Positions 23,006-35,520 of a DNA stretch of 64,000 nucleotides are shown here, piece after piece. This DNA is from Squalus acanthias (Eukaryota). The notes beneath the pieces are model-generated. The model saw only the letters and a list, made by a program, of their open reading frames with translations. It did no database searches and had not been told where the DNA came from. The DNA is taken from positions 25,360,001 to 25,424,000 of the forward strand of contig CM059432.1 in the NCBI GenBank assembly GCA_030390025.1, given 5' to 3'. The position numbers and the translations under genes are program-made. Every line of letters begins with the position of its first letter. The stretch's first letter is position 1.

Positions 23006-23964
23006 CTGACTCAGATTGGGGTTTCATGGATGCCGAATGTCCTCCAGTACCTTTCTAAAACAATGTATAAATCTAGGCAGTGAATGGTGGAAGCTACTTT
23101 TCCCGGGACAGTATCACACCTGAGCTAGTTTATGTCCTCCCACGATGCACATTTTCTAGCAGAGGTCTCTGGATATTGATCAGGAGCAGGAAACCTTGCT
23201 GCTTTATCTGTTTTGTGCTCCATCTTCACTCTGATGAGACGAGGAATCAAGCCCAGGACTTTCTTGATCTGTATGGCTCAGTAAATCATAGGGCAGTATA
23301 TTTGCTCATGAAGTCACTGGTGAAGGTAACTATACCTTTCCATTAATTTATAGGACATTTTTGAACTTGCTATTTCTAAAGAAAGAGTTGATGAAAGTCA
23401 GGGGTGTGTGCCAAGCAATCTGCTGTGCTAATCCCCAATGCCACAGAAGCCTGGACTATAGAGATGTAAGGCAGGGACCTTGGCACTTAGCTGCTGGTGC
23501 CCTTTCCATAACAACCAATTGCTTTGTTTCCTTTATAAGTAAGAAACAGATGGTGACATTTAACCCTAAGTTTAAAATGATTAATTTAACTAATTGAATG
23601 AGTAAGTGATGTAAAATTGTTAAGTATGTTTGGATATTTGCAGGCACAAATATTATTTTCCAACTGATTTGACCCTGCCAATTTTATTAAGTGTTGGTAA
23701 GTTATATTATTCATATTTTGCTGAATTTTGCCCATTGCACATTAAATTGATCTGCTAATCACAACTTCAAGGGAAGTAATGGGTTAAAAGCAGATGGTTC
23801 CTTCAATTCAGCATGTTTTGATCACTTCTATAGTATGATTAGATGGAAAAATAATTTACAGGACGAGAAATGCCATTGTGGTCCATCTGGCATTGCAATC
23901 CCAGTGTCCAGGAACTAACGTATCCCACAATACCTCACTATCAAATCTTTCACCTGTTACTTAT

Positions 23965-25235
23965 AAGAAGAAAGAAAGAATTTGTATTTATATAGCACCT
24001 TTCACAACCTCAGGATGTCCCAAAAGGACTCACGACCAATGAAGTATTTTGAAGTGTGGTCACTGTTGCAATGTAGGGAAATGTGGCAGACAATTTGCAT
24101 GCACTGGGGGTGATTTTGCCAACGGGGAGCTTTTGGAGGCGGGACTCCCACTTGTCGGGTTTCAGTCCCGCCTCCAACAACTTCTGGCCAACCCAAGCTA
24201 TTTTCCCTTGATTGACCTTGTTAAGCCTACCCAGCGGGCTTAGTAGGCCAATTAAGGGAAAGCCGGTTGCAGAGAACGTCAACGTATGACGTTTCATCTG
24301 TCAAAAATTTTTGACAGATGAATTGTCATCATTTGACTGCATTCTCTGTAGTTTGATGAGGTCTTGAATTCAAGACCTCATCAAACATCTTTCTTTTGCA
24401 GAAATGAGATGGTTGTTACATTGGAGAATGCAACGGGCATCTGTCATCTCCAACGCGGAGGTGCGAGACTCTCCGCATACACACCGACTGAAGCCTGCAG
24501 GAAGAATCAAAGGTAAGTACACTTTTTCTAACACTTTGCACTTACCTCAGATACTCACCTCTCCACACTTGCACCCATCACTTACCATCACAGCACACTT
24601 TTGCAGCCCTCTGACCCCTGCAGACCCACTACTCGCCTCGCTGACCTGGCGGGTTTCGGGGCCTTCGGGAAGCCCGCACTTGTGAGGGCAAAAAGGGGAT
24701 AATCCTATTTTCTGCCTGTTAACTTCCTGTTAACAGGCAGTTAATAGGTTTAAATCCCTTCCCGCCTCCAAGGAGACAGGACCCAGCGCGGGACGGCTAC
24801 TCGCCTCCTGGGAAGATGACATGGAGGCGGGTTGGGGGCAGGTTGGGCACCCGCCCCCAAATTCTGCCATTTTCCCGGCAGTCCCACCTTCATAACTGCC
24901 TCCCCAGGGCTGGCAAGATCGCGCCCATGGTCCCAGAAACAGCAATGAGATAATTAACAGATCACTTTTTTTTGCAGATGATGGTTGAGGGATAAATGTT
25001 GGCCAGGGCACCACAAGAACCTTTTGCTCTTTATCAATTGGTGCCATGGGATCTTTTACATCCACCTGAGAGAGTAAGTAAGACCTCAATTTAGCATCTC
25101 ATCAGAAAGACAGCACCTCCAACAGTACTGTACTGAATTGTTAGCCTAGATTGTGTGTACAAGTTTCTGGAAAGGGGTTTGATCCTACCACCTTCTGACT
25201 CAGAGGCAAAAATGCTATCACTGAGTCAAGATTGA
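23965..25235 (-). mobile_element. Deu-SINE (SacSINE1-like) split by a MITE
   Basis: Tail 23965-24105; body and head 24927-25235. Confidence 0.85.
24106..24926. mobile_element. Harbinger-type MITE, family F
   Basis: TIRs GGGGGTGATTTTGCC / GGCAAGATCGCGCCC; GGAGGCGGG/CCCGCCTCC subterminal repeats; interrupts a SINE. Confidence 0.85.
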
Positions 25236-25504
25236 CACCTTTATCCAGCTTTCTCTTGAATTTTCTAACACAATCAGTCCCATTGCCTCCATTTGCCAGT
25301 CTATTCCATAAGTTCACCACCCCATGCATAAGAAGATTAAATCGTTTTCGCATTCCCTCTTCTAAGTTATAGGATGTTCTTTTTTGTTGATGGAATTTTT
25401 TTAATCCTGCACTTGACACTATTTATTATGTTACATTGTGTCAATACTGAAAATGCTGCAAAACACTATTGAATTTCTTTGTCAGTAAAAACAACTTTGC
25501 TTTT

Positions 25505-26860
25505 CAAAACAGAAAATACAAGTTATGCGAAACCTTTATAAATCATTGGTAAGGCCTCAGCTGGAGTATTGTGTCTCATTCTGAGCGCCACACTTTAGGA
25601 AGAATGACAAGGCCTTGGAGAGGGTGCAGAGGAGATTTACCAGAATGATATCAGGGATGAGGGACTTCAGTTATGTGGAGCGACGAGAGAAGCTGGGATT
25701 GTTCTCCTTGGGGCAAAGAATTTTAAAGGGAGATTTAATAGAGGTGTTAAAAATTATGAAGGGTTTTGATAGAGTAAATAAAAGAAAGTGTTTCCACTGG
25801 GGGGTGAGTCAATAATCAGAGGACACAGATTTAAGATCATTGGCAAAAGAACCAGAGGGAAAATGAGGAGATTTTTTTCACGCAGCGAGTTGTCATGGGC
25901 CCAGAAATTCGCCTCTCCGGCTTGCCGCGGGGGTAAGGATCGCGCGCGCACTTACCTACCGCGCCTGCCGTTGTGTTTTGGGCCAACGGGAACTTCAGCT
26001 CCTGGTCCTGCTCCAAGAGCCGGCGCGCAGTGCTTGCGTGTCCCAGGGGCGTAGTTAGTGCGATGCATCCCCTGGGATCACGTGGGCCATGGAGAGCCAA
26101 TGGCAGCAGACCATCTTTCATTCATAGATTTGACAGGAGACCTGTCAAATCTGTGAATTGAAATCGGCCCCAAAAGAACAGCTAAACTTAAAATAAATTT
26201 TTTAAAAAACCATCACATTTATAAAATAACTATAGTTAAAATAAATTAACCACTTTAAACAAAAATTAAAAAAATTTTAAAAGTTAAAATACTTTTTAAA
26301 AGTGATAAAAATAAACTTACCTTTCTTTAAAGTATCTAAAAAAGATAAACCTGTTGAAAATTTTTTTAAATTATACTTAATTAACCACTTACCTTGTTGA
26401 AAACGGGTCCTGCGCCTCCTTTTTAATAGTGTAGTTTCTTCACTACTTACCCTCGCGTAGAAACCTGAAAAAAAATCTAAGTTTGCTGCGTGCGCGCAGC
26501 CTCTACCGTGCACGCGGTTCACCTAGGAACCGCCCCCTTCGCCATACCGGAAGTTCCGGTTTCCCGCGCATGCGCAGTGCATGCAGGAAACCGGCACTTC
26601 GGGACGCATTACGGGTGAGTACGGACTGTGTACTCACCCGGGAAGGGCCGAATTTTTGGCCCCACGATCTGGAATGCACTGCTTGAAAGGACGGTGAAAA
26701 TAGTAACTTTCAAAAGGGTATTGGATATATAACTGAAAGGAAAAATTTGCAGAGCTATGGGGAAAGTGCAGGGGAGTGGGATTAATTGGATAGCTCTTTT
26801 AAAGAGCTGACACAGGCACGATGGGCCGAATGGCCTCCTTCTGTGCTGTAACATTCGATG
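25505..26860 (+). mobile_element. CR1 3' fragment split by a family C MITE
   Basis: 'ERVQRRFTRMI…', 'RGHRFKIIG'; resumes atctggaatgcactgc at 26667; tail gggccgaatggcctccttctgtgctgtaa. Confidence 0.9.
25898..26663. mobile_element. Harbinger-derived MITE, family C, copy 3 (inverted)
   Basis: GGCCCAGAAATT…AATTTTTGGCCCC; TSD ATG/ACG. Confidence 0.92.
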
Positions 26861-27349
26861 GTTTCATAGGGCGTGTGAATCTTACTTTTTTCTATCTGAG
26901 TACCAGCAGTCTGGAGATGAATTCTTACAGAGTATACCAGGACAGCAAACAGTACCAGCCTTCGAATGCAACTCAGTCTTGAAGGTCACATTTGCATAAC
27001 ACTTACTGTTGAGCACTTAACCGAGAGGGAATGACTACAGTTCAGTTAGATATATATGTACCAATACCATCAGTGCTGGAGGAAGACTTATGAGTAAAAT
27101 GTATTGCACGACCTGACAGATTTATGCATTTGGTTTTAAATTTCTTGGTTATTTATTGTGCACCATGTAATTTATCAAATTTTACAGTAGATTTTAGACC
27201 AGGCTATAAGGTAATAGCAGGCATTAGAGGTGCATTTACTGCAAGTCGTAAAGTATCAAAGCAAATGATCTAAATCTTATTTCAAATTGTAAATGTGCAT
27301 TGTACTGAAGCACGATATGAAAGCAATATTTTTTTTTAAATATGTATCG

Positions 27350-27525
27350 AGAAAAGAAAATTCTGGAAATGTACTCCAGGTAAATCAGTATCTGAAAGAC
27401 AAAAATAATAGTTTAACGTTTCCTTCATCATGTGACTCCTTTCTACCTCAAACTGTAACCGGTCTCTCTTTTTCAGATACTGAGTGACCTGCTGTGTATT
27501 GTACTATATTCTGTTTTCTTTTCAT
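27350..27525. repeat. Inverted pair of Penelope-type terminal sequences (mini palindrome)
   Basis: Left arm resembles 30871-30965 (gaaaattctggaaat…cagtatctg…aacgtttc); right arm is its reverse complement (cagatactg…acctgctg…tattctgtttt). Confidence 0.5.
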
Positions 27526-27924
27526 ACTAGCTGACGTGCCATGTCATTGCTCATAGTTTGGGATCTGGGGCATGGTTCTGATGTTTAGCTGTTTAGTGTT
27601 AGGGGGCGGGGGGTGGGGGCCAGAGTATATTTAACCTGGATTGTCCCGTTAAACCTACTTTTCAAATTCTTCGTGTGGGAAAGTGGCCTAAATAGGTACA
27701 TCCCCCAGCAAATTAGAAGTTAATTATTGCTTATAAACCCTTGGTTCCTGCCCATGAGGAGAAGCTAGTTTATCAAGATAAGAAAAAACAGCATAAGTTT
27801 GGATTTAATTCTCATTTAAAAAAAAATACTATTGCCACTTTGTAGTATGACATTTGAGGTGTGACATCTGATGATTGGTGAATGCATGCTATATGCAAAA
27901 TATTGACGGATTTGTTTTATTATT

Positions 27925-28855
27925 ATGTACGAGGCTGGCTAAGACCCTAGATGCCTGTGAGAAGATGGTGGTGGGCCTTCTTCTTAAGCCACTGCAGTCC
28001 ATGTGGTGAAGGTAGTCCCACAATACTGTTAGGTGGGGAGCTCCAGAATTTTAATAACATAAGAAATAGGAGCAGGAGTAGGCCATATGACCTCTCAAGC
28101 CTGTTCCACCATTCAATAAGATCATGGCGGAAACTTTTACATCAAATACACTTACTCTCACTATCACCATATCCCTTGAATCCCTTAGTGCCCAAAAATC
28201 TATCGATCTCAGTCTTGAATAGACTCATCAACTGAGCAACCACAGCCCTCTGGGGTAGAGAATTCCAAAGATTCACAACCCTCTGAGTGAAAAAATTTCT
28301 CCTCATCTCAGTCCTAAATGGCCGACCCTCTTATCCTGAGACTATGACGCCTAGTTCTAGATTTTGACCCAGCAACGATGAAGGAACAGTGATATATGTC
28401 CAAGTCAGGATGGTGTGTAATTTGGAGGGGAACTTGGAGGTGATGGTGTTCCCATGGACCTGCTGCCCTTGTCCTTCCAGGTGATGGAGGTTGCGGGATT
28501 GAGAGATGCTACTAAAGAATCTTTGGCAAGTTGCTGTAGTGCACCCTGTAGATAGTACACAATGCAGCCATGATAATCCAATGGTGGACAGAGTGGAAGT
28601 TTAAGCTTGTGTATGGTGTGCCGGTCAAGCAGAATGCTTTGTCCTGGATAGTGTTGAGCCTCTTGAGCTTTGTTGCAGCTGCACCCATCCAATCACGTGC
28701 AGAGATTCCATCACACTCCTAATGTGCCTTGTAGGTGGTGGAGAGGCTTTGGGAAGTCAGAAGTTGAGACACTCCCCACAGAATAGCCAGACTCTGACCT
28801 GCTCTAATAGCCACAGTATTTATCTGACTGGTCCAGTAAAGTTTCAGGTCATAGG
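27925..28855 (-). mobile_element. LINE 3' fragment (same family as 20670-22610) containing a CR1 tail at ~28055-28360
   Basis: Host sequence …ccagaatttt|gacccagcaacgatgaagg is interrupted by aacataagaaataggagcaggagtaggcc…. Confidence 0.8.
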
Positions 28856-29273
28856 TGTTTGAACTCTGGTGTTTGCTGTTTTTGTTTTATTTCACCATTT
28901 TAATTTTTTCTATTTCTTTTCCCTCTTAGCTCACTATCTAGGAAAGAAAATACAGTACCTTCTTCATGTCATTCAGCTAGATCTTGAAAGAATCTAAGAA
29001 CTGTACCTCCATCAGCCTGTCCATAAGTCCATTCCAAGTGTTAATCAATCCTGAATTTAACTTTCACCAAATTTATCAGTTGTTCTACAATCATACCTTG
29101 CCTTTCTATACTATTTAGTATTTTTTACACATCTATAAGGTCCCTTCCCAACTCCCTCCTTTCAAGCTAAAGAGCCCAGTCTCTCTGCCTTTCCCTAGAC
29201 TCAGTCTTCTGATGATAGGGATCAGTTTGGGGTCTAATGTCTGCACCACCTTCAGGACTTGAATGTTTTCAAT

Positions 29274-30053
29274 GGCCAGGATTTTGCGGTGGTAATGATG
29301 GCAAAGCTGTCAGCATTCGCCATCATTACTCTTCTGAAGCTGACCGTAACTTCAGGATTTAGCGCTTGCGCAGATAAATGCGTATATCCTGAAGTTGCGG
29401 CCATTAATTCCCTGCTCCACCACAGGCTGTACTTGGAACTCCCCATGGCCAGCAATCAGTGAAATCACTTGAACTGACAAAAACTTCCCCTTTTCCACTC
29501 TTATATCGCTGTTAAACACCTTATAAAAGGTTAAGTCTTGTTGAAAGAGGTGAAGCTGGGTTTTTAATGATGTATTGACTGCTGAACAACTGTTCTGGCA
29601 CTGAAAAACTAATTTTATATTTGTGGAATGTCAAATTTCTCTATGATAAAAATTACCAGATTTTTTAAATAATAAAAAGTAATTTTTTACATTTTTTTTA
29701 AAGTTTGATTATGATATTTCAGCTTTTACCTTAACCCCACATGTATGTCCAAATCTTTATTTCACTCTCTGTAAAATTTGTAAAAAGTATTGATAAAGCT
29801 TCTTTTTATTTCCTGGTTTGCTGTCTGTGATAATTCTTCAATGTAATTGGCTGCTGAGACAGCTTGGCTGCTTAAACAGCTTGATAACATCACTGCTGCT
29901 CTATGCTGGAGGTCCCCTTTTGACAGCTCTACAATCAAATTAAGGTTGAGAAAGCCAAGGTTTTCGCACAGAGATTGCGAGACCTTTGGGGGCAGCTTTT
30001 TTGAGGTCAGTGGCAATCGCTGTTGCTTTGTTGCTGACTGCAAATTTCAGGCC
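29274..30053. mobile_element. Older Harbinger-type MITE, family G, inside a decayed minus-strand CR1
   Basis: GGCCAGGATTTTGC / GCAAATTTCAGGCC. The right TIR nearly equals the left TIR of the autonomous-type element (GGCCTGAAATTTCC, 49847). AT-rich core. Confidence 0.8.
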
Positions 30054-30870
30054 CTTATAGTTAGGTGGCCAAAACTGGACATATTACTCAAGGTGTGGGC
30101 TGACCAGGGCACTGTATAGTCTTAGAAAAGGCACTCTCCGATTTATGTTCCACTGATGTCATTCAATATTCTATTAATTTTGCTTATTGCTGCTCCTCCC
30201 TTTCATTTCCTGAAGGTACTGACTTTTATTGAGTTTTCAGCTGGCAGCCCTCCAGTACCTCAGCCAAGGTACCATTCTTCATGTGTGAACCCAGTCAATG
30301 AATGGTATTAAACAATTCACCATCGAGATTATCACTGGTAAACCCAATCCTGTCCTTACTCAACATCCACACATTCACACTTTCTAGCAAGAATCACTGG
30401 CTAGTAATCAAGAGTGGAATCCCTGGTTGATTGTTCCCCCTTCCTAGCTCAGGGGCACTGATACCAATCATAAAGGCCCAAATACTGCCACAATTGAGAT
30501 TAGCTAACTTAGCCAAGATCAATTTGACAGAATCTTTTTCTGCTTGATATTAAAATTCTCATCCTCATGTTCAAATCCCTCCATGGCCTCACCCCTACCT
30601 ATCTCTGTAACCTCCTACAACCCTACAACCCTCCAAGAACACTGAGCTCCTCCAACCCATCACCACTACCTTTGGCCCATCATGAAAGGCACAATATAAT
30701 TGAAAGTCTTTCTTTTTTTTCGCACACAAGACTGATGTAAGCTGGCGACAGAGGTGCCTGTCCGGGTGCTCTTCCAATTGCAAGCATCTTGTGTGTGCTT
30801 CCCGGTGAAGGTTGCTCATAACCAGCATAAGCAAATGTGCAATAGCAGGTGAATCTCCAAAAGTCTCACA

Positions 30871-31700
30871 TAAAAACAGAAAATGCTGGAAATACTCAGC
30901 AAGTCAGGCAGTATCTGTGGAGCGAGAAACAGAGTTAACATTTCAGTTCGATGACCTTTCGTCAGAACTGGAACTAGTTAGAGATGTAACAGGTTTTAAG
31001 CAAGTACAGAGGCAGGGAAAGGGGGTGGGGAGAAAAAACCTGTGATATGGTGGAAGGCAAAAGGGGTTGGTAATGGGACAAGTAAAGAAACAAAGGATGG
31101 GTCTAGAGGAGCTGTAAATGGCAACAGCAGAACCATTACCAACAACTGCTGTCCGAAAAAATGGGAGCAATGGTTATGATCTGAAATTGTTGAACTCAAT
31201 GTTGAGTCCTGAATGTTGTAAAGTACCTAATCAACAGATGAGGTGCTGTTTGTTGAGCTTCCATTGAGCTTCATTAGAACAGTGTAGGAGGCCGAGGACA
31301 GACAGGTCAGAGTGATAGTTAAAATGACAAGTGACTGGAAGCTCAGGATCACATTTGCGGACTTAAAGGAGGTGTTCAGCAAAGCAATCACCCAATCTAC
31401 ATTTAGTCTCCCCAGTGCAGAGGAGACCCCATCGTGAGCAGTGAATACAGTTTACTAAATTGAAAGAAGTACAAGTAAATCGTTGTTTCACCTGGAAGGA
31501 GTATTTGGGGCCCTGGACGGTGGGGAGGGAGGAGGTGAAAGAGCAGGTATTGCATCTCATGCACTTGCACGGTAAGGTGCCGTGGGAAGTGTTGGGGGTG
31601 ATTGAAGAGTGGATTAGGGTGCCGCAGAAGGAATGGTCCCTTTGGAATTCTAAAAGGAGAAGATATGTTTGGTGATGGCATCGTGCTGGAGGTGGCAGAA
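30871..31700 (-). mobile_element. Penelope-like element 3' fragment (GIY-YIG endonuclease remnant)
   Basis: 'PCKCMRCNTC…FTCTSFNLVNCIHCSRWGLLCTGETKCRLGDCFAEH' corresponds to the Penelope Cys-rich linker plus decayed YIGET motif. Confidence 0.9.
30933..30969 (-). ncRNA. Minimal type I hammerhead ribozyme motif (decayed)
   Basis: AGTT-CTGACGA-A-AGGTcatcgAACT-GAAA-TGTT-AACT; helix I AGTT/AACT; helix II has one mismatch. Confidence 0.65.
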
Positions 31701-31986
31701 ATGGCACCTCCAGCAAGTTGCAAGTGGAGTCTGGTGGGGAGGAAGGTGAGGACAAGGGGAACCAATAGTTGGCCAGACTTGAGGACATGGCACATTTTAG
31801 ACCCAGGAACTGTTGAAGGAGTTGGGGAGGGAGAGTTTGGAGATGTGCTGCCACCACTCAGCAAGTATCCTCCTTTACTTCATTTCATTGTTACTCTTAT
31901 GCACTCAGTAACACAGACGCATACACATAGCACAACATCTGAATGGTAGACAATATATTTTCATCTTACTTCTGTTGGAAGATATT

Positions 31987-32882
31987 GGGGGAAAAATTCA
32001 GTTGGTTGCGCCTCCCGTTAGCGCCTTAAGAGGGCGCTAATGGGGCGCAAAGCATCAAGCACCCAGACGCGGCGATGTTTGCGCCGCTCGCGAAATTAAC
32101 TAGACATTTTGCGGCGGCGCTAAACACTACCACCACGATCTCCTGCGCCGGCAGATCGTGATGTCAGTCGAGTGCGCAACGCCCGGTATCGCCCCGGAGC
32201 AGATATTGAGTGGCGCCCCCTGCCTTACCGCCTGACGCTAGCAACGACAGGTTGAGGGGAGCGAATTGCAGTCATGAAGGGACTGGGGGAGCGCTATTTA
32301 AAGGCGACCGCTTCCTGCCTTTTATTGTTGGTGCCATTTTTGAACCACGCATTCTGAGAGAGAGAGAGAGAGAGAGACTTCTGGAGAGATTCAACGCTGT
32401 GTGAAGGAGTTTTGGGTACTGAGCAGCACTTTGCAGTTTCATTTTGATTTGCCATTCCTTGTATCGATTTAGAAGAGACTGTGGGGGCTGCACTCTAAGC
32501 ACTTTCCCTGGTACTCTCCATTGTTCTTTCCAGCAGATTTGATGTGCAGGTCTCTCCAGGCAGAGATTCAAGGCTGCAATGAGCAGGATGTGGATTGAAA
32601 GCAAGATCAACCATCCCCTTTAAGAACTGGCCGGTGCCATTGTGTGTGTGTTCCATTGCTGACTGACATCACATGAGCTTCGCCAGCGCTCTGAGGTAGT
32701 GCCTCGCTCCTCGGCCTTTGCACCTTAAGACAGGTGTGAAGCGCCTGATTTAGCGCTCCAATCACCTCCAGGGGCGATAAAAGTCAAGTTTGCAGTCGGT
32801 GGCGATAATTAGCGCCAGGCGCTAACCTTTGCGCCCGGCCGATACTTGCGCCCCAAATGGGGCGATACTGAATTTCTCCCCC
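31987..32882. mobile_element. Harbinger-derived MITE, family A, copy 3
   Basis: TIRs GGGGGAAAAATTCAGT / ACTGAATTTCTCCCCC; TSD ATT. Confidence 0.94.
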
Positions 32883-33434
32883 ATTGTGTTCTGAATCCAC
32901 TGTAATTTATTTCCTTTTACTCATTGTTCAGGGTCTTCTCAGGATGAGGCCACATCATCTAATGGCAGCCATGATCCACTAAGCAACACTCCCAACCTCT
33001 CAGCAGCAACTGCAGTGCACCATGGAGCAAATGATAACTTCATGTACATAACAGTAGTGGTCTCAACACCGAGCCCTGAGACACGAGGAGACCTAGGAGT
33101 CTTAGTAGATTCAACGCCACACATGTCCTGCCAATGGAGCATAGGAACAGGAATAGGCCAATCAGCCACTTGAGCCAGTTCCACCATTCAATTACATCAT
33201 GGCTGATCTGTACCTCAATTCAATTTACCTTCCTTTGTTCCATATCCCATGGTAACCTTACCCAACAAAAATCTATATAATGCAGAGCGGCAATCAACAA
33301 AGTCAAGTGAATGTTGAACTGCATAACTAAGGCAGTTGAATATACGTTGTAATGATCCAGCGTCACAGTGCTCCGGGATGTTTGCACCTTGAATGCTGTG
33401 TCTAGTTCTGGTTGCCAAAAGCAAGGGATAAGGC

Positions 33435-33745
33435 AGTACTTCTTTCGGATGAGACGTTAAACCTGCTCTCAAAGGTGAACGTAAAAAATCCCATGGCACT
33501 ATTTCGAAGAAGAACAAGGGAGTTATCCTCGGTGTCCTGGCCAATATTTATCCCTCAATCAAAATTACCAAAACAGATTATCTGGTCATTATCACACTGC
33601 TGTTTGTGAGAGCTTGCTGTGCACAAGTTAGCTGCAGCGTTTCCTACATTACAACAGTGACTACACTTCATTGGCTGTCAAGTGCTTTGGGATATCCAGT
33701 GGTCGTGAAAGGTGCTATATGAATGCAAGTCTTTCTTTTATTCTT
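33435..33745 (+). mobile_element. Deu-SINE (SacSINE1-like), 5'-truncated
   Basis: tctttcggatgagacgttaaacc…aaaggtgctatatgaatgcaagtctttc. Confidence 0.88.
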
Positions 33746-33784
33746 TTACACAGAAGAGGCATGAGACTTATTTTAGTATCAAGT

Positions 33785-34180
33785 CTTAGTTAAGAAAAGG
33801 CTGGAGAGAACTGAACTTTTCAGCCTGGAAAGATAGCATCTGAGAGGTAATATTATAGCGATATAAGATAGTCAAAGGGAATGGAAAAGGTAAGTCTAGC
33901 ACATTACTTTAAATTAAATTGCAGGAATAAGCGGCGGAGGCGGCGGGGGGGGTGGGTGCAAGTTCAAACTAGTTAAAGGTAATCTAAGGACTGATATCAG
34001 GGAATTCTTCTTTACACAAAGAGTGATCAACACATGGAATGAGTCGTGGTGGCAAAAATCCTGGATCATTTAAGAAACAATTGGATGTTGAAATTGAACT
34101 TTAAGATCTTTCTGGATGACTGAATTAAGATGGGCTGAATGGCCTTCCTCATCAATAATGATTTTATAATCTTGTGATGA
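33785..34180 (+). mobile_element. Old CR1 3' fragment
   Basis: …ttttcagcctgga…ctgagaggt…ttcttctttacacaaagagtg…gatgggctgaatggccttcctc. Confidence 0.65.
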
Positions 34181-35024
34181 ACGTTTCCAATAGACATTTA
34201 GCTTTATGAATATGCCTTCAATGGACTAGATTAGCAGTGTGCCTAGTTTATATGGTGAGGTGGGGTGGAGGCGGGGGTGGGGGGTGGTGGTGGGTGCAGT
34301 CCCAAAGAACGTGAAATTCAAGGTGACAACAGATTAACATAATTACAATACTGCAATGAGCTGCCACTGGTTACCAGGCAGCCTCCCTTTGTCTGAGATT
34401 TTGCTTCACCCTGAAATATAGTACACTACAATTGGGCACACATATATATGAGAACAGATGCATGTACAAAGGATCAATTAATATTGGAACTTTTATATTA
34501 CAGACAAAGTGTATTCTTTTGAAATCTCCCCAAATCATAAATGCTTCTAAACGAGATAACTCCACAGTTATCAATGCCTCTCAATGACCTCTGGTTGTCC
34601 TCTTTGTGCTTTGGAACTGATGGTTAGAAAGAAAAAGAGTTTATATCGAACTGTCCTTCCTGTAACATCGTGAAATTCTTCACTAGCAATGTTCGAAATG
34701 GGAACAATCTTTTCTACGACTGTGAAGGGTATTGAGAAGGCATGGAGAATATAATTAGGCAGGTAGTGTAGGAATGTGCTTCAAAGCAAAAACATACCTC
34801 AGTGCTTTAGATATGATTAAACTGCTCACAATTTAAAAAAAACACACAACTTGCCTCTTACTAGCAAATGCAGGTAACAAATGTAACCCAGCTATTCAAG
34901 AAAAGAGGGAGAGAGAAAACAGGGAACTACAGGCCAGTTAGCCTGACATCAGTCGTCGGGAAAATGCTGGAATCCATTATTAAGAAAGTGGTAACAGGGC
35001 ACTTAGAAAATCATAATAGGATTA

Positions 35025-35520
35025 TGATGCGGAAATGCCGGTGTTGGACTGGGGTGGACAAAAGTGAGAAGTCGCACAACACCAGGTTATAGTCCAACAG
35101 TTTTATTTGAAATCACAAGCTTTCGGAGCGCTGCTCCTTCGTCAGGTGAAGTGAAGAAATACAAATCGGCAAAGCATATATAGACAGAGAACAATGTCTG
35201 TGCAGAGTACAATGTCAGATGACTACAGTTAATCTTTCTGACTGCCTTTTATCACACCTCGGCAGAGAGACAATCAGGTCAGTCAGGAAGACATTATATC
35301 AAAGATATAGCAAGATACAACTAAGACAATGAGGTGGGGTCACAGGGGGTCTAATGTGTCAGATGCTGCAGTCTGTATGGAAAACCATAAACTTTAAACT
35401 TTTTACTTTTTTTACTGGAAATCACATCTGTGAACAAGCCAACGATGACTCGAGTCTGGATGACTCTACGTCAGGTGGGGTTACATGTAGCGTGACATGA
35501 ACCCAAGATCCCGGTTGGAT
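35025..35520 (-). mobile_element. Penelope-like 3' fragment (same family as 42282-42951)
   Basis: TSD TAGGATTA (35017-35024, 35521-35528); homologous to 42515-42950. Confidence 0.88.
35113..35149 (-). ncRNA. Minimal type I hammerhead ribozyme motif (intact core)
   Basis: TCAC-CTGACGA-A-GGAGCagcGCTCC-GAAA-GCTT-GTGA: helix I TCAC/GTGA, 5-bp helix II, palindromic AAGCTT in place of helix III. Confidence 0.8.
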
